Shown here in pieces: positions 42,483 to 52,947 of a stretch of 64,000 nt of DNA. The DNA lies in contig CAVQYR010000001.1 in NCBI GenBank assembly GCA_963718235.1, positions 512,001 to 576,000 on the forward strand. The letters are read 5' to 3'. The DNA comes from an uncultured Actinomycetota bacterium (GTDB taxonomy: Bacteria; Actinomycetota; Actinomycetes; JAHEKZ01). Each line of letters starts with the position of its first letter. Within the stretch, counting starts at the first letter, position 1. A program made the position numbers and the translations under genes. Under the pieces are notes generated by a model. That model was not told the origin of the DNA. It saw only the letters and a list, made by a program, of their open reading frames with translations, and searched no databases.

Positions 42483-43244
42483 GTGCTGCTGGCGATCGAC
42501 GTGGGCAACACCCACACGGTGCTCGGACTGTTCGACGGCGAGCGCCTGGAGCAGTCCTGGCGGGTCAAGACCGACGCCCGGTCGACTGCCGACGAGATGG
42601 TGCTGACCTACCGGGGACTGCTGCAGGACGAGCCGCCGATCACCGCGATCGCCGTGTGCTCGACGGTGCCGGCTGTTCTTCGGGAGATGCGGGCCATGCT
42701 GCAGCGCTACTACCCGCACCTGCCCACGCTCGTCGTCGAGCCCGGCATCCGCACCGGAGTCCCGATCCTGACCGACAACCCCAAGGAGGTCGGCAGCGAC
42801 CGGATCGTCAACACGCTGGCCGCCCACGAGCTCTTCGGCGGTCCCTGCATCGTGGTCGACTTCGGTACGTCGACCAACCTCGACGTGGTGAGCGACAAGG
42901 GTGAGTTCCTCGGTGGTGCGCTGGCCCCGGGGATCGAGATCTCCCTCGATGCCCTCGCCCAACGCGCGGCGCAGCTGCGCAAGGTCGAGCTGGTGGCGCC
43001 GCGCTCAGTGGTGGGCAAGAACACGGTCGAGGCCCTGCAGTCGGGCGCGCTGTACGGCTTCGCGGGCCAGGTCGACGGCCTGGTCCGCCGGATCACCGCT
43101 GAGCTCGGCGGCTCGGTGACCGCCGTGGTCGCGACTGGCGGACTGGCGCCCATCGTGATCGGCGAGACGGAGACGGTCACCCACCACGAGCCCAACCTCA
43201 CCCTGATCGGGCTGCGGCTGGTGTTCGAGCGCAACCGTCCGTGA
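42483..43244 (+). CDS. coaX: Type III pantothenate kinase
   Basis: IDVGNT, GSDR, VDFGT, GGALAPG, ATGG. Confidence 0.95.
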   Translation: MLLAIDVGNTHTVLGLFDGERLEQSWRVKTDARSTADEMVLTYRGLLQDEPPITAIAVCSTVPAVLREMRAMLQRYYPHLPTLVVEPGIRTGVPILTDNPKEVGSDRIVNTLAAHELFGGPCIVVDFGTSTNLDVVSDKGEFLGGALAPGIEISLDALAQRAAQLRKVELVAPRSVVGKNTVEALQSGALYGFAGQVDGLVRRITAELGGSVTAVVATGGLAPIVIGETETVTHHEPNLTLIGLRLVFERNRP

Positions 43245-43245
43245 C

Positions 43246-44013
43246 TCAGGCCTTCGTGGCGCGGTAGACCGTCGTCACGTACGGCAGGGCGAAAGACGCT
43301 TTCCCGGCCAACGAGGCATGCACGGCCGCCAGGTCGCGGACCTGCTGCAGGATCTCGTCGCGGTGGGGGCTGAGTGCCACATAGCTGTACGTGCCGACGA
43401 GCCGCTCGAGCGACGCGGCGTCGAGGGGCTGCTGGTAGGAGAAGTCGCCCCGTTCGGCCAGCTCGAACCACGGTTCGATCCGTGGGACACCCTCGTCCCT
43501 GCTGCCGGAGCGGGCGTCGACCCGTCCGACGATCCGGGAGAGCTGCTCGACCCACTCGACGTCGTCGTCCCTGACGTTCCACACGATCACCAGGGCGCCG
43601 CCAGGACGCAGCACGCGCGCGATCTCGGGCAGCGCCGTGTCGAGCTCGAACCAGTGGAACGCCTGCGCCACCACGACGGCATCGAGGGAGCCGTCGTCCA
43701 CCGGGATCGCCTCGGCTGAGCCCTCCAGCGCCTGGATCCGGCCACCGAGCCGGGCCACCAGCTGGTCGCGCATGCCCTCGTCCGGCTCGACCGCGACGAC
43801 GTCGTGTCCGCAGTCGAGCAGGACCTCCGACATCAGCCCGGTTCCGGCTCCGAGGTCGACGACACGACGCGGGGCGGCTCCGAGTGCCCAGGTGACGGCG
43901 TCCTGCGGGTAGCTCGGCCGGAACCGGTCGTACTCGACGGCCTGCTCGCCGAACGAGAGCCGTCGGTCCTCGGGGTCGACGAGGTTGGCTGGGTCGTGCT
44001 CATCGAGAGACAT
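43246..44013 (-). CDS. Class I SAM-dependent methyltransferase
   Basis: YDRFRPSYP, DLGAGTG, AQAFHWF, RVLRPGG. Confidence 0.88.
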   Translation of the reverse strand: MSLDEHDPANLVDPEDRRLSFGEQAVEYDRFRPSYPQDAVTWALGAAPRRVVDLGAGTGLMSEVLLDCGHDVVAVEPDEGMRDQLVARLGGRIQALEGSAEAIPVDDGSLDAVVVAQAFHWFELDTALPEIARVLRPGGALVIVWNVRDDDVEWVEQLSRIVGRVDARSGSRDEGVPRIEPWFELAERGDFSYQQPLDAASLERLVGTYSYVALSPHRDEILQQVRDLAAVHASLAGKASFALPYVTTVYRATKA

Positions 44014-44057
44014 ACTCAGATGCTGGCACGACGACCGGGTCGATAGCCTTGCCGACC

Positions 44058-45569
44058 ATGGCTCCCCATGTGCAACCGACATCCGACGACCTGCCGGAGC
44101 AGATTCGGGTGCGCCGGGAGAAGCTGGACCGGATCCGCGGTGAGGGGCGTGACGCGTTCGCGTTCGAGTACCCGCGCACGACCACGATTGCGGCGCTGCG
44201 AGCGAGCTACCCCTCGCTCGCGCCCGACACGGCCACCGGGGACCGGGTCGGCATTGCCGGCCGGGTGATGCTCAACCGGGTCAGCGGCAAGATCGCCTTC
44301 GCGACCCTGCGTGAGGGAGACGCCGACGTCCAGGTGATGCTCACCCTCGACGTGAGCGGCGAGCAGGCCCTGCAGCAGTGGAAGTCAGACGTCGACCTCG
44401 GCGACCACGTCGGGGTCACCGGGGAGGTCATCTCGAGTCGTCGGGGTGAGCTGAGCGTGCTGGCCGACTCGTTCACGATCACGAGCAAGTGCCTGCGACC
44501 GCTGCCCGACAAGCACAAGGGGCTCAGCGACCCCGAGCAGCGCGTGCGTCAGCGCTACGTCGACCTCATCGTGCGCCCCGAGGCCCGCGACGTGCTGAGG
44601 CTGCGCTCGCAGGTCGTGCGCAGCCTGCGCGACTCGCTCCAGGAGCGCGGGTTCCTCGAGGTCGAGACGCCGATGCTGCAGGTCATGCACGGCGGCGCCA
44701 ACGCGCGACCGTTCGTCACGCACATCAACGCGTACGACATCCCCCTGTACCTGCGGATCGCGCCGGAGCTGTACCTCAAGCGGCTCATCGTCGGTGGGGT
44801 CGAGCGGGTCTTCGAGATCAACCGGAACTTCCGCAACGAGGGCGCTGACTCCTCGCACAACCCCGAGTTCACGATGATGGAGATGTACGAGGCGTACGGC
44901 GACTACGACACGATGCGCCTGCTCACCCAGCACCTGGTCCAGGAGGCGGCCACCGCCGTCTTCGGCGCACCGGTCGCTCGGCGGGTGCAGGACGACGGCA
45001 CGATCGAGGAGTTCGACCTGTCCGGTGAGTGGCCGGTCAAGACGATGATCGGCGCCCTGTCCGAGGCGTTGGGCGAGGAGGTCGGGCTGGACACCCCTCG
45101 GGAGGTGCTGCAGGCCCACGCCGCAAGGCTCGGGGTGGACGAGCCACCCGACGCGAGTGTGGGCATGCTCCTGGAGGAGCTGTACGTCGTCCTGGTGGAG
45201 TCGGTCACGACCACGCCGGTGTTCTACAAGGACTTCCCCAAGGAGAACGCGCCGCTGACCCGGGTCCACCGAAGCGACCCCAGGCTGACCGAGAAGTGGG
45301 ACCTCGTCGGCTGGGGGGCCGAGATGGGCACCGGCTACTCCGAGCTGATCGACCCGATCGACCAGCGGGAGCGGTTCGTCCAGCAGGCCGAGCGAGGCGA
45401 CCGGGGCGACCTCGAGGCCATGCGCCTCGACGAGGACTTCCTGCGGGCGCTGGAGTACGGCATGCCCCCGACCGGAGGACAGGGCATGGGGATCGACCGG
45501 CTGGTCATGACGCTGACCGGCCTCGGCGTCCGCGACACGATCCTGTTCCCCCTCGTGAAGCCCGAGTAG
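44058..45569 (+). CDS. lysS: Lysine-tRNA ligase (class II)
   Basis: RQRYVDL, GGANARPF, LRIAPELYLK, RNFRNEG, HNPEFT, YGMPPTGG-GIDRL. Confidence 0.97.
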   Translation: MAPHVQPTSDDLPEQIRVRREKLDRIRGEGRDAFAFEYPRTTTIAALRASYPSLAPDTATGDRVGIAGRVMLNRVSGKIAFATLREGDADVQVMLTLDVSGEQALQQWKSDVDLGDHVGVTGEVISSRRGELSVLADSFTITSKCLRPLPDKHKGLSDPEQRVRQRYVDLIVRPEARDVLRLRSQVVRSLRDSLQERGFLEVETPMLQVMHGGANARPFVTHINAYDIPLYLRIAPELYLKRLIVGGVERVFEINRNFRNEGADSSHNPEFTMMEMYEAYGDYDTMRLLTQHLVQEAATAVFGAPVARRVQDDGTIEEFDLSGEWPVKTMIGALSEALGEEVGLDTPREVLQAHAARLGVDEPPDASVGMLLEELYVVLVESVTTTPVFYKDFPKENAPLTRVHRSDPRLTEKWDLVGWGAEMGTGYSELIDPIDQRERFVQQAERGDRGDLEAMRLDEDFLRALEYGMPPTGGQGMGIDRLVMTLTGLGVRDTILFPLVKPE

Positions 45570-45574
45570 TCGGG

Positions 45575-46117
45575 GTGACTGCCGTGCCCGACGTCGGTGC
45601 CTTCGTCGTCCGCGATGCGAGGACCTCCGACGTGGCCTCGATCCGCGGCCTGATCGACACCTACGCGCCAGACCGGATCCTGCTGAGCAAGGCCACGGTC
45701 ACCCTGTTCGAGGACGTGCAGGAGTTCTTCGTCGCCGAGCAGGACGGGCAGGTCGTCGGCTGCGGGGCGTTGCACGTGCTGTGGGAGGACCTCGCCGAGG
45801 TGCGCACCCTCGCCGTGGCCCCACCGGTGCGAGGGCACGGGATCGGGCACCGGCTGCTGGAGCGCCTGCTGGACCAGGCGCGTCACCTGGGGGTCGCCCG
45901 GGTCTTCACCCTGACCTTCGAGGTCGACTTCTTCACCCGGCACGGCTTCCACGAGATCGAGGGGACGCCGGTGGACCACGACGTGTTCGAGCAGCTGCTG
46001 GAGTCCTACGACGAGGGTGTGGCCGAGTTCCTCGGGCTGGAGCGGGTCAAGCCGAACACTCTGGGCAACGCCCGGATGCTGCTCGTCCTCGACCCACCCC
46101 CACCCCCCTCAAGTTGA
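45575..46117 (+). CDS. argA: Amino-acid N-acetyltransferase, short GNAT type (Rv2747-like)
   Basis: LFEDVQEF, GCGALHVLWEDLAEVRT, LTFEVDFF, VKPNTLGN. Confidence 0.88.
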   Translation: MTAVPDVGAFVVRDARTSDVASIRGLIDTYAPDRILLSKATVTLFEDVQEFFVAEQDGQVVGCGALHVLWEDLAEVRTLAVAPPVRGHGIGHRLLERLLDQARHLGVARVFTLTFEVDFFTRHGFHEIEGTPVDHDVFEQLLESYDEGVAEFLGLERVKPNTLGNARMLLVLDPPPPPSS

Positions 46118-46177
46118 CCTTGCACATGATCTGCCAGATCGACGGTCCTGGGCCGCATCTTCTGCATGATCAACTTC
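46110..46177. repeat. 68-bp palindromic REP/MITE-like element, copy 2
   Basis: CAAGTTGACCTTGCA...GGGCCGCATCTTCTGCATGATCAACTTC; provides the argA stop codon. Confidence 0.8.
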
Positions 46178-46233
46178 GGAAGAGGGGGTGGGTGGCCCAG
46201 GGGGGCAGGGGCGGGTGGTGCTGGGGTGCTGGG

Positions 46234-46710
46234 TCAGGTGGTCCAGGTGATGATGCGCTTCTCGTAGAAGCGCAGGTCGTCGGGCGCCTCGTCCTCCGGC
46301 TCCACCCGCATGTAGCCGCTGGTCTCGTAGAGCAGGATCGCCTCGGTGAGGCCCTCGTAGGCCTCGAGCTTGATGGTCTCGAACCCGGCGACGGCGGCAG
46401 CGCCCTCCAGCGCGGACAGCAGACGGCGCCCGATGCCGGTGCCACGGAGCACGGGGTCGACCCACATCCGGCGGATCTGGCCGACCCCCGGCTCGATCTC
46501 CTGGAGAGCTCCGCAGCCGACCACGATGTTGCGGTCGTTGAAGGCCACCAGGAAGAAGCCGTTGTCGACGTAGCCCTCGTTCTCGTCGGCCGGGTCCGCG
46601 GTCAAGGCATTGGCGTCGACCCGCTCGACCATCTCGTGCAGGAACGCGCTCACCGCGTGCAGGGCGCGGGGGTCGAGGGGGTCCAGGGCCTCGATGCGGA
46701 CGGAGGTCAT
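46234..46710 (-). CDS. GNAT family N-acetyltransferase
   Basis: GCGAL, IRRMWVDPVLRGTGIGRRLL, AILLYETSGY. Confidence 0.85.
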   Translation of the reverse strand: MTSVRIEALDPLDPRALHAVSAFLHEMVERVDANALTADPADENEGYVDNGFFLVAFNDRNIVVGCGALQEIEPGVGQIRRMWVDPVLRGTGIGRRLLSALEGAAAVAGFETIKLEAYEGLTEAILLYETSGYMRVEPEDEAPDDLRFYEKRIITWTT

Positions 46711-46907
46711 GAGGTCACCTTATGGGCCACCGCCCTCTTCGTGGGTGAGGTGGGGCGCGCGAACCCGCTGTGGCCCCCGACCGGGCCCCGGACAACGGCG
46801 TTCGCCGAAAGCACGTGCCCCCGCTATTCTTCGGCCGAATTGTCTCCTGGGTTTCTCTCAGGATTTCACTGCAGAACTCATTTCCCTTTTCGACAAAGGA
46901 ACTTCTG

Positions 46908-47230
46908 ATGGCCCAAAAGGTGCAGGTCGTGCTCGTCGACGACGTCGACGGCGGCCCGGCCGACGAGACCGTGCAGTTCGCCCTCGACGGGGTCGGCTAC
47001 GAGATCGACCTGTCCGCGGCCAACGCCACCCGGATGCGCGAGGTGCTGGCTCCCTACGTCGGCCACGCCCGCAAGGCGGCCCGCTCGGGGCGCCGGACGG
47101 CCCGAGCCCCCGCGCCGGCCAGGGTCGCAGCGCAGAGATCCGCGCGTGGGCGCGAGCCCAGGGCATCGCCGTCAACGAGCGGGGGCGGATTCCCGCCGAC
47201 CTCGCGGCACGTTTCGACGCCGCACACTGA
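46908..47230 (+). CDS. lsr2: Nucleoid-associated protein Lsr2, frameshifted near 47123
   Basis: MAQKVQVVLVDDVDG...YEIDLS in one frame; SAEIRAWARAQG...RGRIP in another. Confidence 0.9.
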
Positions 47231-47278
47231 CGCCGCACCCGCGGTCGGACGGCGGGGCACCGGGCGCATCTGGGGCCG

Positions 47279-47292
47279 GTTCGCTGTTGGCG
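47279..47292 (+). promoter_or_regulatory. ClgR-type operator GTTCGC-N5-GCG
   Basis: GTTCGC-tgttg-GCG upstream of clpC matches the Streptomyces ClgR consensus. Confidence 0.65.
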
Positions 47293-47313
47293 TAGCGACC
47301 AGCGCCGTCGCGC

Positions 47314-47340
47314 GGAACAGCAGGTGCCAGCGTGCTCGTT
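47314..47340 (+). promoter_or_regulatory. SigH/SigR-type promoter GGAACA-N17-CGTT upstream of clpC
   Basis: Read directly. Confidence 0.65.
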
Positions 47341-47485
47341 GGGCTCAACAGCACGGACCGCCCTGCCGAGGCATCCTGCAGGAGCGTTTGGCGATAGGAG
47401 CCGACCGCCCCTCCGGGGCTAACATGCCGAACAGGGCGCATGACGCCTCGAGGTCTCGTGCACCTGGTGAGGAGCGGCAGCGGAC

Positions 47486-49990
47486 ATGTTCGAACGGTTT
47501 ACCGACCGAGCCCGGCGGGTGGTCGTGCTGGCCCAGGAAGAGGCCCGCATGCTCAACCACAACTACATCGGCACCGAGCACATCCTGCTCGGGCTGATCC
47601 ACGAGGGCGAGGGCGTCGCCGCCAAGGCGCTGGAGAGCCTCGGCATCTCGCTGGAGGCCGTGCGCCAGCAGGTCGAGGAGATCATCGGGCAGGGCCAGCA
47701 GGCGCCGTCCGGGCACATCCCGTTCACCCCGCGCGCCAAGAAGGTGCTCGAGCTCAGCCTGCGCGAGGCGCTGCAGCTCGGCCACAACTACATCGGCACC
47801 GAGCACATCCTGCTCGGCCTCATCCGCGAGGGTGAGGGTGTCGCCGCCCAGGTGCTCGTCAAGCTCGGCGCCGACCTGAACCGGGTCCGCCAGCAGGTCA
47901 TCCAGCTGCTGTCCGGCTACCAGGGCAAGGAGCCCGCGGGCGCCGGAGGTCCCGCCGGTGAAGCCGCTCCGTCCAGCTCGCTCGTGCTCGACCAGTTCGG
48001 CAGCAACCTGACCCAGGCAGCCCGTGAGGGCAAGCTCGACCCGGTCATCGGTCGCGAGAAGGAGATCGAGCGGGTCATGCAGGTGCTGTCCCGGCGCACC
48101 AAGAACAACCCCGTGCTGATCGGGGAGCCGGGTGTGGGCAAGACCGCCGTCGTCGCGGGTCTGGCCCAGGCGATCGTCAAGGGTCAGGTTCCGGACACTC
48201 TCGAGAACAAGCAGGTCTACACCCTCGACCTCGGGGCGCTCGTCGCCGGAAGCCGCTACCGCGGCGACTTCGAGGAGCGGCTGAAGAAGGTCCTCAAGGA
48301 GATCCGCACCCGGGGCGACATCATCTTGTTCATCGACGAGATGCACACCCTGGTCGGTGCGGGCGCCGCCGAAGGCGCAATCGACGCTGCCAGCATCCTC
48401 AAGCCGATGCTCGCCCGCGGTGAGCTGCAGACCATCGGTGCCACCACCCTCGACGAGTACCGCAAGTACGTCGAGAAGGACGCCGCGCTCGAGCGCCGCT
48501 TCGCTCCGGTCCTGGTGCACGCACCCGACGTCGAGATGACCGTCGAGATCCTGCTCGGGCTGCGTGACCGCTACGCCGCCCACCACCGGGTGAACATCAC
48601 CGACGAGGCGATCAAGGCGGCGGCACGGCTCTCCGACCGCTACGTGGCAGACCGGCAGCTCCCCGACAAGGCCATCGACCTCATCGACGAGGCCGGCTCG
48701 CGGCTGCGGATCCGCAGCATGACCGCGCCGCCCGACCTGCGCGAGTACGACGACCGGATCGCCGTGGTCCGCCGCGACAAGGAGTCGGCGATCGACGCGC
48801 AGGACTTCGAGAAGGCCGCTGCGCTGCGCGACACCGAGAAGCAGCTGCTGGGTGAGCGCAGCCAGCGCGAGCGGGAGTGGAAGTCCGGGGGCATGGAGGC
48901 CATGCCCGACGTCGACGAGAAGCTGATCGCCGAGGTCGTCGCCCTGATGACCGGCATCCCGGTGGCCGACCTCTCCGAGGACGACGCCCAGCGGCTGCTG
49001 CGCATGGAGGGCGAGCTGCACAAGCGGGTCATCGGCCAGGAGCAGGCGATCAAGGCGCTGTCCAAGGCCATCCGCCGCACCCGGGCCGGGCTGAAGGACC
49101 CCAAGCGCCCGTCCGGCTCGTTCATCTTCGCCGGGCCGTCAGGCGTCGGAAAGACCGAGCTGAGCAAGACGCTGGCCGAGTTCCTGTTCGGCGACGAGGA
49201 CGCTCTGATCGCGCTCGACATGTCGGAGTTCCAGGAGAAGCACACGGCCTCCCGGCTGTTCGGCTCGCCCCCTGGGTACGTCGGCTACGAGGAGGGCGGA
49301 CAGCTCACCGAGAAGGTGCGGCGTCGTCCGTTCTCCGTGGTGCTCTTCGACGAGGTCGAGAAGGCCCACCCGGACATCTTCAACTCGTTGCTGCAGGTGC
49401 TCGAGGAGGGCCGGCTCACCGACGCGCAGGGTCGTTCGGTCGACTTCAAGAACACCGTCATCATCATGACGACCAACCTCGGCAGCCGCGACGTGTCGAA
49501 GGGTGTGAACCTCGGCTTCGCCATGTCGGGCGACTCCACCGGCGACTACGAGCGGATGAAGAACAAGGTCCAGCAGGAGCTCAAGCAGCACTTCCGGCCG
49601 GAGTTCCTGAACCGGATCGACGACGTCATCGTGTTCCACCAGCTGAGCGAGCTGGAGATCGTGTCGATCGTCGACCTCATGCTGGACAAGCTCGACGAGC
49701 GGCTCAAGGAGCGCGACATGGGCATCGAGCTCACCGCGTCGGCCAAGGCGCTGCTCGCCAAGCGCGGCTACGACCCCTCCCTGGGTGCCCGGCCACTGCG
49801 ACGCACGCTGCAGCGGGAGATCGAGGACTCGCTGAGCGAGAAGATCCTGTTCGGTGAGCTGCAGAACGGGCAGATCGTCGTGGTCGACGTCGAAGGCGAA
49901 GGCGAAGAGGCGCAGTTCACGTTCACGGGGGCGGAGAAGTCCGTGGCGCCTGACGTCCCCCCGGTCGAGACCGCAGAGACGGCCGAGTAG
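47486..49990 (+). CDS. clpC: ATP-dependent Clp protease ATP-binding subunit ClpC
   Basis: [11 protein letters not shown], two Clp-N repeats, [24 protein letters not shown]. Confidence 0.98.
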   Translation: MFERFTDRARRVVVLAQEEARMLNHNYIGTEHILLGLIHEGEGVAAKALESLGISLEAVRQQVEEIIGQGQQAPSGHIPFTPRAKKVLELSLREALQLGHNYIGTEHILLGLIREGEGVAAQVLVKLGADLNRVRQQVIQLLSGYQGKEPAGAGGPAGEAAPSSSLVLDQFGSNLTQAAREGKLDPVIGREKEIERVMQVLSRRTKNNPVLIGEPGVGKTAVVAGLAQAIVKGQVPDTLENKQVYTLDLGALVAGSRYRGDFEERLKKVLKEIRTRGDIILFIDEMHTLVGAGAAEGAIDAASILKPMLARGELQTIGATTLDEYRKYVEKDAALERRFAPVLVHAPDVEMTVEILLGLRDRYAAHHRVNITDEAIKAAARLSDRYVADRQLPDKAIDLIDEAGSRLRIRSMTAPPDLREYDDRIAVVRRDKESAIDAQDFEKAAALRDTEKQLLGERSQREREWKSGGMEAMPDVDEKLIAEVVALMTGIPVADLSEDDAQRLLRMEGELHKRVIGQEQAIKALSKAIRRTRAGLKDPKRPSGSFIFAGPSGVGKTELSKTLAEFLFGDEDALIALDMSEFQEKHTASRLFGSPPGYVGYEEGGQLTEKVRRRPFSVVLFDEVEKAHPDIFNSLLQVLEEGRLTDAQGRSVDFKNTVIIMTTNLGSRDVSKGVNLGFAMSGDSTGDYERMKNKVQQELKQHFRPEFLNRIDDVIVFHQLSELEIVSIVDLMLDKLDERLKERDMGIELTASAKALLAKRGYDPSLGARPLRRTLQREIEDSLSEKILFGELQNGQIVVVDVEGEGEEAQFTFTGAEKSVAPDVPPVETAETAE

Positions 49991-50000
49991 CCGGCCGCGC

Positions 50001-50876
50001 TCAGCCCGGGAGCCCGAAGCGGTCCTTCGACAGCACGGCGACGAGCCCGTCGGAGACCAGCCCGTCGAGGGCTCGCTCACGCTGGACGGCGTCCTCCCAG
50101 GTCGCCTCGAGGGCCGACCGCGGGACCGGCCCCGGGGCTTCGCGCAGGACAGCCAGCAGTCGCCCGCGACACTGGCGGTCGGTTCCGGCGTACGACTGCC
50201 CACGCCGGGGTGGTCCGGACCAGGCGGGCCGACCGGCCAGCAGCCAGGTGCACCACCCGGCCACTGGACAGGCGTCGCAGCCGGGAGCCCTGGCCGTGCA
50301 CACCAGTGCCCCGAGCTCCATGAAGGCGACCGACAGCTGTGGGGCCAGGCTGTCGTCCGGGAGCAGGCGCAGCGCCCGCTCACGCTCCACCCGGGTGATG
50401 GCGCCCGGCGGTTCGAACTCCTGCCCCGCGAGCACGCGGGCGTGTACCCGGCGCACGTTGGTGTCGAGCACCGCGTGCCGTTGTCCGAAGGCGAACGACG
50501 CGACCGCTGCGGCCGTGTACTCACCGACCCCGGGGAGGGCCCGCAGGGCCGCGAGGTCGTCGGGGACGTCGCCTCCGTGGCGGTCCACGCAGGCCGCCGC
50601 GGCTGCGTGCAGGCGCAGCGCCCGGCGGGGGTAGCCGAGCCGGCCCCAGAGCCGGACCGCCTCGCCGGGGGAGTCGGCGGCCAGGGCATCTGGGGTGGGC
50701 CACCGGGCGAGCCAGGTGGCGTAGACGGGGAGGACGCGGTCCACCGGCGTCTGCTGGAGCATCACCTCGCTGACCAGCACGCCCCACGGCGACACGCCGT
50801 CGCCTCGCCACGGGAGCCTGCGGGCGCGGTCCCGGTACCAGGCCAGGAGCGAGGGGGCGAGGGGGGCCTCGGACAT
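50001..50876 (-). CDS. mutY: A/G-specific adenine glycosylase
   Basis: VSEVMLQQT, LGYPRRA, HhH LPGVGEYTA, DTNVRRV, C-x6-C-x2-C-x5-C. Confidence 0.93.
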   Translation of the reverse strand: MSEAPLAPSLLAWYRDRARRLPWRGDGVSPWGVLVSEVMLQQTPVDRVLPVYATWLARWPTPDALAADSPGEAVRLWGRLGYPRRALRLHAAAAACVDRHGGDVPDDLAALRALPGVGEYTAAAVASFAFGQRHAVLDTNVRRVHARVLAGQEFEPPGAITRVERERALRLLPDDSLAPQLSVAFMELGALVCTARAPGCDACPVAGWCTWLLAGRPAWSGPPRRGQSYAGTDRQCRGRLLAVLREAPGPVPRSALEATWEDAVQRERALDGLVSDGLVAVLSKDRFGLPG

Positions 50877-50935
50877 GATCGACCGATCGTGCCACCGGGC
50901 CAGCATGGGCGCTCGCCCAGCCCTAGGCTTCGGGT

Positions 50936-51574
50936 GTGAGCACGCTGATGCGGCCGACCGGACCCCTGCCACCCGGGGTGTACTGGGTCCGGCGGGGCCT
51001 GGTCGTCCTGGTCGTCCTGGTCGTCCTGGTCGCGCTGTGGTGGGTGTTCCTGCGCTCCGACGCTGCTCCGAGCACGGCCGAGCCGACGCCCAGCATCACG
51101 CCGTCGGTCTCGTCGACCCCCTCGTCGACAGCCTCGTCGACCCCCTCGGTGAGCCCGACGGCGAGCTCGACGAGCAGCCCGGCGCAGCCGGACTGCGTCG
51201 CCAAGGCGATCGAGGTCTCGGTGACGACCGACCGGACCAGCTACCCCGAGGGCGTGCTGCCGGTCTTCTCGCTGACGGTGACCAACACCGGCGACGTCAC
51301 CTGTCGGCGTGACGTGGGGCAGCAGGCCCTGGAGCTCGTCGTCACCTCCGGTGACGTCCAGGCCTGGTCCTCCGACGACTGCAACCCGGGGGGGCCGAGT
51401 GCGGTACGGGTGTTCGGCCCCGGCGACGAGTTCGTCCAGCAGGTGACGTGGTCGCGCCAGCTCTCCGAGCCAGGGTGCCCGACCGGCGAGCCGCTGGCTG
51501 ACGCCGGTCAGTACCAGGTGGTCGCCCGCAACCTGGCCAAGCTCAGCGAGCCGGCCACCTTCACCCTCGGCTGA
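50936..51574 (+). CDS. Conserved actinobacterial membrane protein (Rv3587c-like)
   Basis: GPLPPGVYWVRR, TM helix, S/T/P linker, WSSDDC; normally lies between mutY and disA. Confidence 0.8.
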   Translation: MSTLMRPTGPLPPGVYWVRRGLVVLVVLVVLVALWWVFLRSDAAPSTAEPTPSITPSVSSTPSSTASSTPSVSPTASSTSSPAQPDCVAKAIEVSVTTDRTSYPEGVLPVFSLTVTNTGDVTCRRDVGQQALELVVTSGDVQAWSSDDCNPGGPSAVRVFGPGDEFVQQVTWSRQLSEPGCPTGEPLADAGQYQVVARNLAKLSEPATFTLG

Positions 51575-51696
51575 GGCCGACGCCCACGCTCTCCCGAGCA
51601 CCGCCCACGGCTCAAGGTTCGGTCCGCGGGCGACGACATCCTGGGGGAACGGCGCGGGGTGAGGGTCGCGGGGCGCCGTCCTCTGAGGAGGTCGGT

Positions 51697-52947
51697 TTGC
51701 CGGCGCCACGCACGCCCTTCGGGCCGGGGGTCACCAGTCCCCCGTTGCTGGTGGCCGTCGTCGCCGGCACGCGCACCCGGGTCAAGGCCCTCGAGCGCCT
51801 CCTCGCCCAGCCCGGCCTGGTGGTCTGCGGAAGCGCCCAGGACCCGGCCGGCGCCCAAGAGCTCGTCCTCACCTGCGCCCCGAGCGCCGTCCTGCTCGAC
51901 CTGGACCTGTGGAGCGGCGGCCTGGAGACCATCGAGCGGCTGATGGCGGTCCGGGCCACCCCCATCGTCGTGATCGGCGCGGCTGCCGAGCACCCGGAGG
52001 CGGCCATCGCGGCCGGGGCGGTCGACGTAGTCGGTGCGCTCGACGTCGCCCCGGGGACCCCTGAGTACGCCGAGGTCGTCATGCGCCACCTCAAGGTGGC
52101 CAGCCGGGTGCGGGTGATCACCCATCCGCGCGGTCGGCTGCGGGGTCGCGGCATGCCTTCCCCCCCGTTGGACGGCCCGCGCGCGGAGCCTACCGACGAG
52201 GCCGGTGGACCTCCCGTCAGCGAGCCAGCTGCTGCCCAGCGGACGGCCGCCGCACGCCCCCGGCCGGCCCCGGCGGACCTGGCACACCAGCGGCGGATTC
52301 GCGAGCTGGTGTCACCGCGTCCGCTGAACCCCAAGCGGGGACCGCGGTTGATCGCGATCGGCGCGTCGACCGGCGGCCCTCCGGCGCTGGCGACGGTCCT
52401 GACCGACTTTCCGGCCGACATGAGTGCCGCGGTGGTGATCGTCCAGCACATGGCGGAGGGCTTCGTCGAGGGGCTCGCCCGGTGGCTCGACGGGATCTGC
52501 GCGCTGCCGGTCATGGTCGCGGTCGAGGGGGAGCGGCTCCAGCCGGGCCAGGTCTACCTCGCCCCGGCCAACCAGAACCTGGTGGTCCGTCCCGGGTTCC
52601 GGGTGGGTCTGTCCGACCCGCCGCCGGGGCAGTACCACGTGCCCGGCGTCGACGTGACCTTCCGAAGCATCGCCTCGCTGTCCGGCGGCAACGCGGTCGG
52701 GGTGCTTCTGACCGGGATGGGCCGAGACGGCGCGGCCGGACTGCGCGTGCTGCGCGACGCCGGTGCCTTCACCATCGGCCAGGACGAGTCGACCTCGGTC
52801 GTGTGGGGGATGCCGGCCGCGGCCCAGGAGCTGGACGCGGTCGACCTCGAGCTGCCGCTGCCGGTGATCGGCTCGGCCGTGGTCGCTGCGGTCACCGAGC
52901 CTGTGGCGGCGCCCGACGCCGCCGCGGCCGTGGGAGGTCCCCGATGA
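51697..52947 (+). CDS. cheB: Chemotaxis methylesterase CheB with atypical receiver domain
   Basis: GASTGGPPAL, VQHM, LTGMGRDGA, QDESTSVVWGMP; GAGGAGG RBS before TTG 51697. Confidence 0.9.
   Translation: MPAPRTPFGPGVTSPPLLVAVVAGTRTRVKALERLLAQPGLVVCGSAQDPAGAQELVLTCAPSAVLLDLDLWSGGLETIERLMAVRATPIVVIGAAAEHPEAAIAAGAVDVVGALDVAPGTPEYAEVVMRHLKVASRVRVITHPRGRLRGRGMPSPPLDGPRAEPTDEAGGPPVSEPAAAQRTAAARPRPAPADLAHQRRIRELVSPRPLNPKRGPRLIAIGASTGGPPALATVLTDFPADMSAAVVIVQHMAEGFVEGLARWLDGICALPVMVAVEGERLQPGQVYLAPANQNLVVRPGFRVGLSDPPPGQYHVPGVDVTFRSIASLSGGNAVGVLLTGMGRDGAAGLRVLRDAGAFTIGQDESTSVVWGMPAAAQELDAVDLELPLPVIGSAVVAAVTEPVAAPDAAAAVGGPR

Noticed and set aside
50997-51032. CCTGGTCGT tandem repeat
   Set aside because: It simply encodes the LVV-repeat transmembrane helix.
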